A stretch of 64,000 nucleotides of DNA from Callorhinchus milii (taxonomy: Eukaryota), in NCBI RefSeq assembly GCF_018977255.1, contig NW_024704742.1:102984001-103048000 (forward strand), given 5' to 3'. Each line of letters opens with the position of its first letter. Within the stretch, counting starts at the first letter, position 1. The translations under genes were made by a program, and so were the position numbers. A model generated the notes under the pieces. The model was not told the DNA's origin, ran no database searches, and saw nothing but the letters and a program-made list of their open reading frames with translations. Of the stretch, positions 1-11,323 are shown piece after piece.

Positions 1-376
1 GTACAGGATTGATTCCTGAGTTAATGTCTTAATTGGTGTGCTGCAATTAGCATTCAATACCCTGGGTTACAGAGGCGGAAAAATAAATGGATTCACACTT
101 TTGATTTGCTATCCAAAGTAGTCCAGTCATAGATGTGCAAATGTGGACATCAGGTCAAGAGAGAATTGTGTTTTCCCACAGTAGAAAAGCCTACCAATAC
201 TTAGTCAAGGCTCACACATGAATATTGGTCACTTGAATGAAAGGGGACTCTGTACAAAATACTCAAGTAGAAGAAAAGGAGTCGATGCCTTCAGGAGAGA
301 AGGGTTTTAAAAAGTCATAAAACTAGTGAAGAGAAAATGCATTTACAAGACATCTTACCACTTTTTTTTCAAACAG

Positions 377-613
377 ATGGAGTCAGCTTGTGTCACAATG
401 CATGAAGCCATGAAAACTGTCATTGATTATCAGACCCATTTCCGTCTAAGAGAAGCCCAAGGACGAAGTCGTGCAGAGGACCTGAATTCAAGGGTTGCCT
501 TTTGGTCCATTGGAGAAGCCCTCATCTTGTTGGTTGTGAGCCTTGGCCAGGTGGTTCTCCTCAGAAGCTTCTTCTCAGACAAAAGAACCACTTCTACACG
601 TGTTGGTTCATAA
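377..613 (+). CDS. TMED7: Last coding exon of p24-family cargo receptor TMED7 (coiled coil, TM helix, cytosolic FF tail)
   Basis: Acceptor ttttttttcaaacag|ATG at 376/377. Translation [78 protein letters not shown] closely matches the recalled vertebrate TMED7 C-terminus. TAA at 611-613. Upstream exons lie outside the window. Confidence 0.96.
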   Translation: MESACVTMHEAMKTVIDYQTHFRLREAQGRSRAEDLNSRVAFWSIGEALILLVVSLGQVVLLRSFFSDKRTTSTRVGS

Positions 614-3279
614 CAAGAGTAGTCATGATGCAAAAGGTCTAAGCAGCACCTAACAGTTTTTCTGCTCTGACTCGCCTGTTTTGAAGATTAAGTGCAGGAA
701 GGCTGTTAAGATTAAAATCCTTATTGACTGATTTTTTTCATCATTTTGGACTATTTACCAGAGAAAATATTCTGAGAATGAAATACTGTAATTTCACTGC
801 AACTAGATGTCCAACCGATTACAGTATCATAGGCTCTAAGCATTCACTGCAGCACAAATTTCTAGGTAATTGATTACATTTTACTGAATAAGATCTGCTG
901 GGTCTTGATTATTTAATTTGTGCTGTATTTGTGATTCCAGCAATAAGCAATCTCTCATCCTTTGCAGTCATATTAGTGAATATATGATTCTCAGGGGACG
1001 TTTCAAGGCATTTATTTAAATTGCTAGTTGACTTATGCAGCTGTAATCTACTGGACATCCAGGTGTTTAAAATCCAGACCTTTCTTAAATAGCAAGTAGC
1101 AAGTGTTTCGATTTTTCACTAATCTTGTTTTTGTTCAGTAAAAGTGATGTAACAGTAAAAATAATGTTGCAACTCTTGGGCATAAAACTCTTCACATTAC
1201 AACCATTTTGTACCTTTTCACTGGATGTGCACAAAGTTTGTCTAATAGCTTTGGATCAGTATTTCAAAATATAGTTCCAACCAACAATTGTTACATTATG
1301 GAAATGCTTCATCTATTTTTAAGCTCTTTAAATTGTCTGGGTTTTATTGTGCAGCTTTGTCTACAGTGGCATAGCTATGCTTAAGGTTTTAAGGTTGTAG
1401 TTGGAAATATGTGGTTCTGAAGGCAAGACACTTCCTGGTCTTCACTTCAGTTTTCTGAAAGCTTGTGTTTATGTACTTCTCAACCGCCAAATGTTGAGTA
1501 AATCAACCATTAAGGATTAAAAGGAAGGGGGGATTCGGGGTTATTACTATATATGCCACGGTGTAAATTTATTTAGGATAAGAGGATAAAAGTGAACAGT
1601 CCATGGCATATTTCACACAATGTGAACTGATAAAATGTTAATGATTTTATTTAAGGTCAAATCTTTATGAGAAGTTGTGCTACAGGTAAAATTAAAAACC
1701 TCAAAACGATGCTTTATATATTGACTGTTAAACATTAACAAATGTATTAATGTTTTTTCACAAACGTAACATTTTGCTATACTTCTATCATTGATAAATT
1801 CTCATTGAATTGGAGAATACTAACTTGTCTTTGAACTCTTGTTTTCTTGTAGAAATGTACTAAAGACTGTGTAAACTGATGAAATGACCCAGCTATTGGC
1901 TTCATTTTTTTTCCTCTTCCCTATTCCTTAATGTGATCAAACTTGGAAACAACCATAAAGGTTTGGCCTTGCACTTACATTTGTGTACCCATGGCAGTTT
2001 GAATAGTTTGTTTGCCTTTGGAGATCTGTCGTATGGCATAAGTTGGGCAGAGTGAGTGTCTTCAGAACTATTAAATGGATTATGGCAGTGTATCTTCTGC
2101 CAAAGATAAGTACTTCTAACAGAATATTACAGTCATTGTTTAAAATGTCCTCGGGATGAGAATAGTTATAACTTTCATTTTCTGATTTTATTTGAACATG
2201 TTAATGCACTGTAAATTTCTAAGCAATGGGTGCTTAACTTTATTTTGTATGAGTGAAAGGCAGGATTTGATTTTTTAAAAAAGAGCATAAATCTATTGAA
2301 CTGCAAGGCATTGTGTTGCTAAACATTGTTTATATTGTGTTTTGTAGCTTTGATCACCGTGCATGTGGGTCCTACTCACTATTCATTTACAGTTCCTCCA
2401 AATCAGACCCTCAATTTTAGGCATCAAAATGTGAATCTGATTTGGTAAAGATTATCAGATGTAAGAATTGATGCAGACCCTGTGGAAATTGGACAATAAA
2501 AAAAAATGATAAAAGTTGTGTGCCTGTCTTGAATTTTGAAGTCTTAAATAAATGTAGGAACACCATTTTGTGATTGGGTTTATAATAAAACATTTAAATA
2601 AATGTGTATATGAAAGTAAGAATTGTCTTTTTTTAAAATTGTATGTTTAGGGAAAGGGTTGATTTTTCTTCTGGGCATTTTCTTTAGAAAATATAATTTC
2701 TGTCTTGCTACTTTGGTATTTGCGATTGTTACCCTTTTGGGTAGAATTGTTAATTCTAGATGACAACCTACTTCATACATTTTAATTGAGGCTGAATGAT
2801 GCAGATTTGCACAAAATTTATAAATTGGGTGATTTCAAAACCAGGTTGTTCATGAGGTTATCATCTGTCACACTAATTTTAATGTTGCTTTAATAATCTG
2901 GTTTACACAAACTACAGTATTTAGACTTTATATTAAATTCTCAACATTGTTGTGGTTGGCTTCTTGGACTCGAGTTCAAATACTGTATATTACATTGATC
3001 CATATGCTGCTTTTATTGTATGTTGTGGTTCCTTTTAACATAAGTATCAACACTTTTAATACAATTGTACTAGCAATGCTGCCTATAAAGAAATAATTAT
3101 ATTGTAGGATATACAGATTTTGTGCATTTTGTAGTTGCCCAGGGTTTACAGGTAGTGTCCAAATGCTTCTTTTAAAGAGAGAAAATCAGGCGTTATGTCA
3201 TCCAGACCTGGCATTTGCACTCCTCCTGTAATTCAATCAAGAAATGCAAGCCAAAGATTAGAAGTAGGCTGCTTAGGGC

Positions 3280-3617
3280 TTGGTTGTTGTTGTTTTGGTG
3301 TATGTAAGTGAGGACCAGGATCTTGAACTGGATCCTCTGAAGGATAGGGAGCCAATGGAGTTGGGGGAGATGGGGTCACGGAATTTGGTGTGGGAGAGGA
3401 CACGGGCTGCAGAGTTCTGGATGATCTGCAGCCTGTGGAGGGAGGAATTGGGGAGGCCGACAAGCAATGAGTTTGCATAGTCAAGCCTCAGTGTAATGAA
3501 AGCATGAATGAGAGTTTCGGCGACCTGTGGTGTGAGACAGTGGTGGAGCTTGGTGATGTTGCGGAGGTGGGGAAGGCAGAGTGGGACATGGAGCAGATGT
3601 GGGGCAGAAAGAACAGT
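3280..3617 (-). mobile_element. LINE-2 ORF2 3' fragment
   Basis: Minus-strand translation LLVGLPNSSLHRLQIIQNSAARVLSHTK is the typical L2 ORF2 C-terminal motif. Confidence 0.85.
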
Positions 3618-3789
3618 ACAGTTAAGTATAAGATAGTCACAACAAGAGCAAAAGAAGAGCTTAGATTTTTTTTACTCAGTTGTTGGAATAGCCTATCGAG
3701 TAAAGTGGTAGAGGCAGAGTTAATTGTTGGTTTCAAATGGGAAGTAGACGGAAATGTGAAGGATAGAGGCTTGAATTGAACGGATTGGC

Positions 3790-4175
3790 TCGCGCCAGCA
3801 CCTCTGCACCTCAGGCTCTGGCAATATCAACCTCCATGGTTGCACACTTCAACTCACCAAGCCAGTCAGGAACCTAGGTGTCTCGTTTGACCCTCAACTG
3901 TCCTTTCTCCCCCACATCCAAGCCATGACCTGCTCTGACTTCCCTCACCTCCGTAACATCGCCTGACCCGATTATGCAAACACCCTGCCTGTCGGCCTTC
4001 CCAACTCCTCCCTCCATAGGCTGCAGATAATTCAGAATTCTGCAGCCCATGTTCTCTTCCGCACCAAACTCTGTGACCCCATCTCCCTCATTCTCGCCCG
4101 ACTCCATTGGCTCCCTATCCTTCAGTGGATCCAGTTCAAGATCCTGGTCCTCACCTACAAACAACACCACCAAGA
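3790..4175 (+). mobile_element. LINE-2 ORF2 3' fragment, inverted relative to 3280-3617
   Basis: cttcccaactcctccctccataggctgcagataattcagaattctgcagcc; same L2 segment as the neighbouring minus-strand copy. Confidence 0.85.
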
Positions 4176-5369
4176 TTACATTTGTATAACCCAAATGGAT
4201 GGCAAAGGATTTTTTACAAATCTTTTAAACATTCACCAAGTATGATGAAATAAAAATGTTATACTTTTTTTTAATAATTATTTAGAAAATGCTAACTTTC
4301 CCTCAGGCCAGTGAATTAATTTGTATTGCCTTCAATGTGCTGCCTTTTGGTATTTGTATCTGCTGTCAACTTGTTTGTAAAAAGAATTGTAAAACTTCTT
4401 GGCTTTCCTGAAGGCTCATTTTCATCCCAGGACAAAAAATTATGGTCAGTTCATTAGTGATCATTAACAGATTTTTCTTTGAATGTTTTATATTTTTTAT
4501 GTATATAATCTCAATAAAAGATGAAAGTACCATCAGGTATCGCCAACATCAACAAACAAAATATACTGTTAATATAGTTTTGATTAAATATGCTCTACTT
4601 AAAATGCATCTCTGTATAGCATGGATATCAAATACAGTAGAAACATTTATTAATCAATGACTAAAAGTGCTATATGGTATGGCCCATCACTCTATATGTG
4701 TGAAATGCATTGTGGTGGTTACAATTACATCCACTCCATACTTGTACATCCACTGAGAAATTACCATAGTAAGTATTATTCTAATTATTCAAATATCTTG
4801 CTTTTTGTGTTACATTATTTGCATTCCAATAGTACCCTGGTCGAATTTAAAAATTGGCGGCTGGTTGTTAGTTTCTATTTTGTTAATGTTATAATTGGCT
4901 TAGCAATTTCCCAATTTTGCACACTGAGCAGCCCGTGCCCAACTCACTTCCCTCTTTTAAGAATCAAGTTCACAACTGAGAAAAATACCAGCAGAATCCT
5001 CCATTTACAAAAGGAATTTGGACTAATATCAGGATCAGCCTACACATCAGATCCAGAAGCAGATCCAACAACAACAACAAAATTACATTTGTATCGTGCC
5101 TTTCATGTCGGGAGGACGACCCAAGGCGCTGGACAAACAGAGTTATGGCCTTCAATTGCAGGTAAATATCACTGTCCTTCTCAGCTGAACAGACCCCATT
5201 GGTACATTTCATACTATGTTAACAGTCCACCAGTTCAAACAATTTTAATTATCAAACTGATAATTCCAAACTGTGCTTGTAGATGGTAAATTAGTAGTAT
5301 ATCACTACATTTAGAGGATATAATTTTTCGGGGCAGGTGTGACGTTTTAATTTTTTTAAATCAAGATGT

Positions 5370-5727
5370 GTACCTTGTGGCTTCAAATCCGTTCACTCCC
5401 TGGCACCTCCCTACCTCTCCGACCTCCTCACTCCCTAAAACACCATCTCCACTCGACTGGCACCGGCCTCCTGCTCGTCCCTAGCATTCACCGTCCCACC
5501 ATCGGAGGTCGTGCTTTCAGTCACTACACCCAAAAACTCTGGAACACTCCCTCAATTCCTCCGCCTTGCCCCCTCTCTCCCCTCTTTCAAGTCCCGCCTG
5601 AAAACTTTCCTCTTTGACCGTGCTTACGGCCCCCTCCCCCCGACTTGGGGTCAGGCTCCACCACTGTTAAGCTCTCTGTGACACAACTCTTTGGAGGGTG
5701 CTATATAAGTGCAAGTTGCTGTTGTTG
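5370..5727 (+). mobile_element. LINE-2 3' end
   Basis: cccaccatcggaggtcgtgctttcag...tttgaccgtgc...gctatataagtgcaagttgctgttgttg tail. Confidence 0.8.
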
Positions 5728-6709
5728 GGTTATCGTGTGTGATATCCAGTATGTGATGTCAGAATCCAGAAAGTCACGTTTTTTTAAAAAATTCTGTTGA
5801 GCTTCCTGCTCTCTACTCTAACAATGCATTTCAGGCAAAAGCTGAAAACACACCAGTATCAGATCTTCCAGTCTCCCACATGAGCCACACTGTGGTCTCT
5901 GACTGATTGCAGGACATCAAATGTGTTGTGCAAATACTACTAGGAAATGCAATTCTTGGACTCCTGAGCACCTCTATTGCTCTCCCACATTCTTTGAATG
6001 GGAAATAGACAATGTACGATAACTACAGACTCTGAGAAAAACTCCCTTCTCTTTTCAAATAGTGCCATGAGATCTTCAAAACTTGGTTTAATAATAATAA
6101 TAAACCTTGCATTTGATACAGCACGTTTCACGTCGGGAGGCAGTCTCAAAGCATTTCACAGCATATGCTGTACAGTATATGGCTGTATTCTATAAATATG
6201 ACACAGCAACTAATTTGTGCGCAGCAATGTTGTACGTCTCATCAGAAATGTTACCTTCGAAAAAAATCACATCAAACGCAATAATCCTCCGGCAAGCTGA
6301 GTCTCAAGTTGAAAAAGATGGAAGAAAGATCATCTAAGTATTATGTTTACATATGAGGCAAGTGCCAACTTAGTTCAGTTGAGTGACTTTTGTCTTTGGA
6401 TCAGAAAGGTATGGTTCAAAACAACATTGAAACTTGGACTCATAATCTGAATCTCCTTAGCACAAAAGTCTAAGAAAATTAGATAGAATTCTAGATTGAT
6501 ACTACACCTAGTGTGTGTTCCATTGGTGACAAATTAAATCAGTGGAAAGGGTGGTACAGTTTTGTTATAAATTTATATTGACAGTTAATTAATGAGTCAC
6601 TAATTAGTACTAAGTATCCACCCACTGTATTAAGTATTGTACTGCATCAGTGGGCCAATGCCTCCTGACAAGTCAGATATTGTTGGGACTGTGGGAGGAA
6701 CAATTTTTT

Positions 6710-6930
6710 CCGGGAGTAATAATTTCTTCAAAAAAATAACAATAATAATAATAAATTGGTCACTTCAATCCACGACTGTTTGTGGGACACAGCTGTGCAC
6801 AATTGGCTGCCACGTTTCACCCACAAAATGCATAGTTAATTCACTTTATAGTATGTTCTGTGTAGTGCTTTGAGGCATCTCGAAGATGTGAGAAGGTGCT
6901 ATGTCAAGTACAACAATTATTATTATATTA
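6710..6930 (+). mobile_element. 5'-truncated SINE (Deu domain + L2-type tail)
   Basis: gactgtttgtgggacacagctgtgcacaattggctgccacgtttc plus (tta)n tail; matches the full copies at 54181 and 62937. Confidence 0.8.
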
Positions 6931-7439
6931 TATTGGTGAGAGTGTGATATGAAGCCGAAAAGTGGTGCATAAACATTCAAATCTATGGTAAGAGAAGGAA
7001 ATGTATTTTGTTTAGTTTTTTGCAGAAGAGTGTGACAATGCAAGTGTGCCAGAGGAGGAAGTTTAGAGTGATTAGAAGAGTTAACAAAAGAAAAAGCAGT
7101 GATACTAAAAAAAGTGCCAAGTCGAAGCAGAAACTCCAAGCCCTGATGGCATGCAGTCTAGAATGATAAGGGTAAGACAGTGAGGAAAGAGGAGAAGCCC
7201 AACAACAAGCTTTCAAACATCCTCGGATATAAAGTAAAACCGCTGTTCAATAAAGGAGAAAGGCTTAGCCCAGTTATTACAGTTTGGATCAGTCACCCTA
7301 ACATCTGTGGCAGGAAAACTTTGAGAAGCCAGAAATACGGGATTAAATTAATAATCACTTAAAGAGTCGTGGATTAATTAAAGCCAACCAGCACGGTTTT
7401 CAAAAGGCAAGTTATGCCAGATAAATTCAATAACATGTT

Positions 7440-7680
7440 CAAGTGGATGTTAAAGACCACATGATACTATTTGAAAGGAGAGTTTCTCTCAGTGTTCTGG
7501 CCAACAACTCCCCAGATAAAATTACTCTTTCACTTCATGGCTGTTTGTGAGACATTGTTGTGCACAAGTTGCCTGCTGCGTTCACCTACAGATACAGTCA
7601 TTACACTTCACAGTAAAAATGTGTGAAGCACTTAGAGACATTTTGATGATGATACAGCAATATATCAAATGCAAGTATTG
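7440..7680 (+). mobile_element. Old Deu-domain SINE (SacSINE/AmnSINE-like), partial
   Basis: gtggatgttaaagaccacatgatactatttgaaag...gctgtttgtgagacattgttgtgcacaagttgcctgc. Confidence 0.65.
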
Positions 7681-7882
7681 TTTTTTGAGGACATCATTGA
7701 GTGTACTGATAAAGGGAATGTAGATTTTGTGTTTAGGGATTTTCAAAAGGTGCTGTTGCATAGGAGGTTTGTTGAAAATAAAGTTGGCTAAAGTACAGCA
7801 AGATGTGTGTATGTGTATATATAGAGAGAATTGATGATATTGTTTTTCTCCCTCTCTATTTTATGTATCTATATATATATTA

Positions 7883-8280
7883 CTAGCTGTACCCGTTGCA
7901 GCTTCACTTGCAACCAAAGTATCCAATATGAAGTGTAGTCAGACAATTCATCTTTATCTAGACTCCTGTGGGAGGGCTCCTGTGGGAGGAATCAGCGGTT
8001 TAAAAATGTAATATTGTTGTTGTTGCTGAGCTTAGCTTTGTGTTTGTTATTTTGTTCTCGCCGCCGCTTGGCTACGTGCGTACGCTGTGATGCAGCATGC
8101 GGCCACCATGTGTAACTGCAGTGTGTGCATACGTAGGTGCTCTGTGACGCACGAGGCCACAGCGCCATGTTGACTCAGCAGCCACCAAGTGTAACTGCAA
8201 TGAAAAAGGCAAAACTGAAAATAATTTATGAACAACCGGAGATACCCCAAAACAAATATGCCCATGTCACTCCCAGTAGA
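7883..8280 (-). mobile_element. Putative non-autonomous Helitron (~400 bp)
   Basis: Minus strand ends ...CTAG|T (plus 7883-7886), 8 nt after a GTTGCA-N8-TGCAAC hairpin (7895-7914). Candidate A|TC 5' end at 8280/8281. Internal direct repeats gccacca(t/a)gtgtaactgca. Confidence 0.5.
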
Positions 8281-9129
8281 TGTATGTAATCTTGACTTGG
8301 CTATAGCAGGCACAATACCAAAATTTACAGATACTACAAAATGGGGAACATAACTAATTGTGAAGGGAACTGTAAGTAACTTTAAGTGGCTGTGGCCAGG
8401 TTAGGGGATTGACCAAATAGATTGCAGAAAGGCTTTTGGAAATGCACTGGCGGAGAAAGAATAAGAGAAAATGGTCACTAAATGGTAAAACTAAATTAGC
8501 AGGGAGTTTGAGTGTTCCTGGATCTGTGATTATTTCTGGGTTGCTGGGAACTCCATGCTACAAAATAACTAAGTCAAATTCCAGCACTTCCAGCCTCTGG
8601 CTTACTTACAAATTGGTTCTGTTTGAATCAGTTAAAGATTCTAATGCTAAATGCAGAAAAAAAGGTAGGAAATTGTTAAATTGTTTCTCTGATCACTTTC
8701 TTTGAGGTCAGAACAATGCCAACTAGTTCTATATAATGATAATTTAAGCTATGCTGTCTGATTCACTAGAACATGCAGGGCTGGAACAGATAATTACAGA
8801 ATATCTGGCTTATCCCATTTTCAAATAGTATTTCTTACCATATCAACACTCCCAAAAAATACACCTCTCTTGATATTCCATATGTTAAAGTAGTTAACCA
8901 CTGGGATCGGCCTCATTGCTCTCTGTCATAGATCACATAGATCAGCTTCGCCTCCAATGTCAGAGTTTGAGGTTGCCTTCACTTCCTCATTGCCACATTC
9001 TTACAAAGCTGTAACCAAAACTAATCATGTACTCAGGCTGTGAATTATGTTGTGATTTTGGTTACAATTTCCTTCTCTAAAGAAGTTATAATTCCCTATT
9101 ACTCAGAAATGACAGCAGTGCATTTTGAA

Positions 9130-9740
9130 AATAAGAATCTTCACGTTTGATACAACTCCGATATTGGAGTGAGCCGGGTGGGGAACATGGAGCAGGTCAG
9201 TGCCCACCGAGTGGAGGGAGTGGACAGGTTGGTAGGGTTTTAGAAGGTTACAGAGGTAAGAAGGAGCAAGACCATGGAGGACTTTAAAAGTGAGGACAAG
9301 TATTTTAAACTCTATCCACTGGGGGATGGGAAGTTAGTTAGTGAAGCCGGGTGAGGATGGGTGTTATCGGCTTGCTGAGCTCAGTGTAGGAACGCCAGAT
9401 CTACGCAAGCCCATCAACCCTATCCTCGCTCAGATCTCCACATTCCCTGGTGGATCAAATTCAAGTATCTTCATGATCTCCATGTGCTACCCTACCCCTA
9501 CAACCTCCTGCAACCCTACTGTCCAGCTGCTCACTCCACTCAGCAAAACTGATTTAAATTCTCCAACCGTTCTGCCCACTCTCTCTGAATCTCCATCCCA
9601 GAGTTTTCCTCTTGTGCTTTCAAAACCCACCTTAGGACTTATCTCTGATCACACTTCAGCTACCTTTCCCACCCCTCCACGCTCCGCTCAGGATACCAGT
9701 CATTGTTGTAAAACACTTTGAAATATCCTCCCATAAATGT
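9130..9740. mobile_element. Two decayed LINE-2 3' fragments head-to-head (minus ~9130-9385, plus ~9395-9740)
   Basis: Minus: ggagcaagaccatggaggactttaaaagtgaggacaag. Plus: cccatcaaccctatcctcgctcag...tggatcaaattcaag. Confidence 0.65.
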
Positions 9741-10229
9741 AAATTGTCTTTTTGCTTTTATTGTTCTTCACTTGCATGAATGTTATTATAGTGAGGTCCA
9801 AATTCTGATATAATAATGATAATCGCTGCATTTAATAGTTCCCTATCACATTATTGAGACATCTCAAAGTGCTTTGCAGGATTTTACTGTAAGGTGTAGT
9901 GGCTGTACATTTGTAGGTGAATGCGGCAGCTGATCTGCACACAGTGACTTTGCAATTTCAAACAAGATTTACTAATTATGAAATTCCAGTAACTGGAAGT
10001 ACAATATTCTGACTTGTGGAAACACACCCTGAAATTCGATCACATTGTAGGGATTTCCTGGGAGTCCACCTAGCATATTAATTCAATAATTAAAGCTTGA
10101 AATTGTCACAAACAACAAATTACATTTGTATAGTGCCTTTCACGTCAAGAGGACATCTCTCTAGGTATCTGTGTGAGCCTTGGGTGAGGAAAAGATTAGT
10201 TTCAAGTGTAATGTTTCAGTATTCCCCCC

Positions 10230-10680
10230 AAACTCCGCCGCCTGCAGACTCACCCACACTAAACTCCGTAACCCCATCATATGAGTTCTAGCCAGACTCC
10301 ACTAGCTCCATATCACTGAATGGATCGATTTCAAGATCGTCATACTCCTCTTTAAACCTCTTCATGCCCTGGCACCTCCTTACCTCTCCGATCTGCCTAC
10401 TCCCCAACCTGCTGCCACTTCTGTTCGACTGGCTCCAGCCTCCTGCACGTCCTCGCTTTAAGCCACTATTACCCCAAAACTCTGTAAAACTATACCTCTA
10501 TCCTTCTGCCTTTCACCCTCCTTCCCCATTTTCAGGTTGCGCCTGAAGATCTTCCCCTTCAACCGAGCCTGTGGTCACCTTCCCCCACTCCCTGGTCGGT
10601 GTTCTGCTCCGCCACAGTCAAGTGGTCTGGGACAATACCCTGTGTGAGGGGTGCTATATAAATGCAAGTTGTTGTTGTGG
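10230..10680 (+). mobile_element. LINE-2 3' end
   Basis: ggatcgatttcaagatcgtcatactcctctttaaacc...gtgctatataaatgcaagttgttgttg. Confidence 0.8.
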
Positions 10681-10989
10681 ACCCTCACTGTTAGTGCTCA
10701 CAGGTGAATAACGCCCACTTAGGTGAGATACCAGAAGTTGCCTATCCCATGGAATTGTACTGCAATAGCAGGATAAAATAGTCAAATGCCTTCACAGGTC
10801 TGTTCTGGGTGCCATCAGTTTTTCTATAAATCGTGATTTTATATACCCTCAAACATTACTCAGTTACTATTCATCCAGCTCATATATTATCATCTGGAGA
10901 TGAAATGAGTGTGGATTGGAGCTGGAGGGATTATGTCACAGATGTGCAATTATTGCTGCAAAAATGAAACTCAAGGTATGTAATTTTAA

Positions 10990-11014
10990 TGCTGATTGTT
11001 ATTTCTTATTTCAG
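10990..11014 (+). promoter_or_regulatory. Candidate splice acceptor for the TICAM2 coding exon
   Basis: Branch-like ctgat at 10992-10996, then tgttatttcttatttcag| with exon start at 11015. Confidence 0.4.
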
Positions 11015-11067
11015 GGTTTATTTTTGTTTAGGAATAAAAGGTTATATATCAAATTGGTGGATAAATA

Positions 11068-11294
11068 AAGTCAAACCTGTTCAAGCAACCACCTCCATTT
11101 AGCCAACCACGGCCTTCTATTAACAACAAGCCTTGAACAGTCCAGCCAGCACAGTCCACATACCTATCCTTGCTCAGATCCACTGCTCCACATTCCCTGG
11201 TGGATCAAATTCAAATCCTTACTCAGAGGCCACCCTTATTTAAAAGCTACTTTGTCCCAGTTCCCTGAGTGGTTGTGGAAGACAGGTTTGACTG
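11068..11294. mobile_element. Tc1/mariner-pogo(Tigger)-like MITE immediately upstream of the TICAM2 ATG
   Basis: Terminal inverted repeats TA|aagtcaaacctgt ... acaggtttgactg|TA with TA flanks; internal aaccac/gtggtt subterminal motifs. Confidence 0.6.
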
Positions 11295-11323
11295 TATATT
11301 GTAAATGTTTTTAATTTCCTACA

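Larger units (their letters stand above)
614..4540 (+). other. TMED7: Probable long TMED7 3' UTR with alternative polyadenylation signals
   Basis: AT-rich, with no recognisable TE from 614 to ~3280. AATAAA at 2495, 2547, 2584, ~4248 and 4513. The true 3' end cannot be determined from sequence. Confidence 0.55.

Noticed and set aside
4657..5289. 210-aa ORF between TMED7 and TICAM2
   Set aside because: No recognisable domain, AT-rich, and runs through an L2 tail fragment.
10976..11014. GT...AG pair (AAG|GTATGT to TTTCAG) as a mini-intron
   Set aside because: At 39 nt it is below the usual minimum vertebrate intron size.
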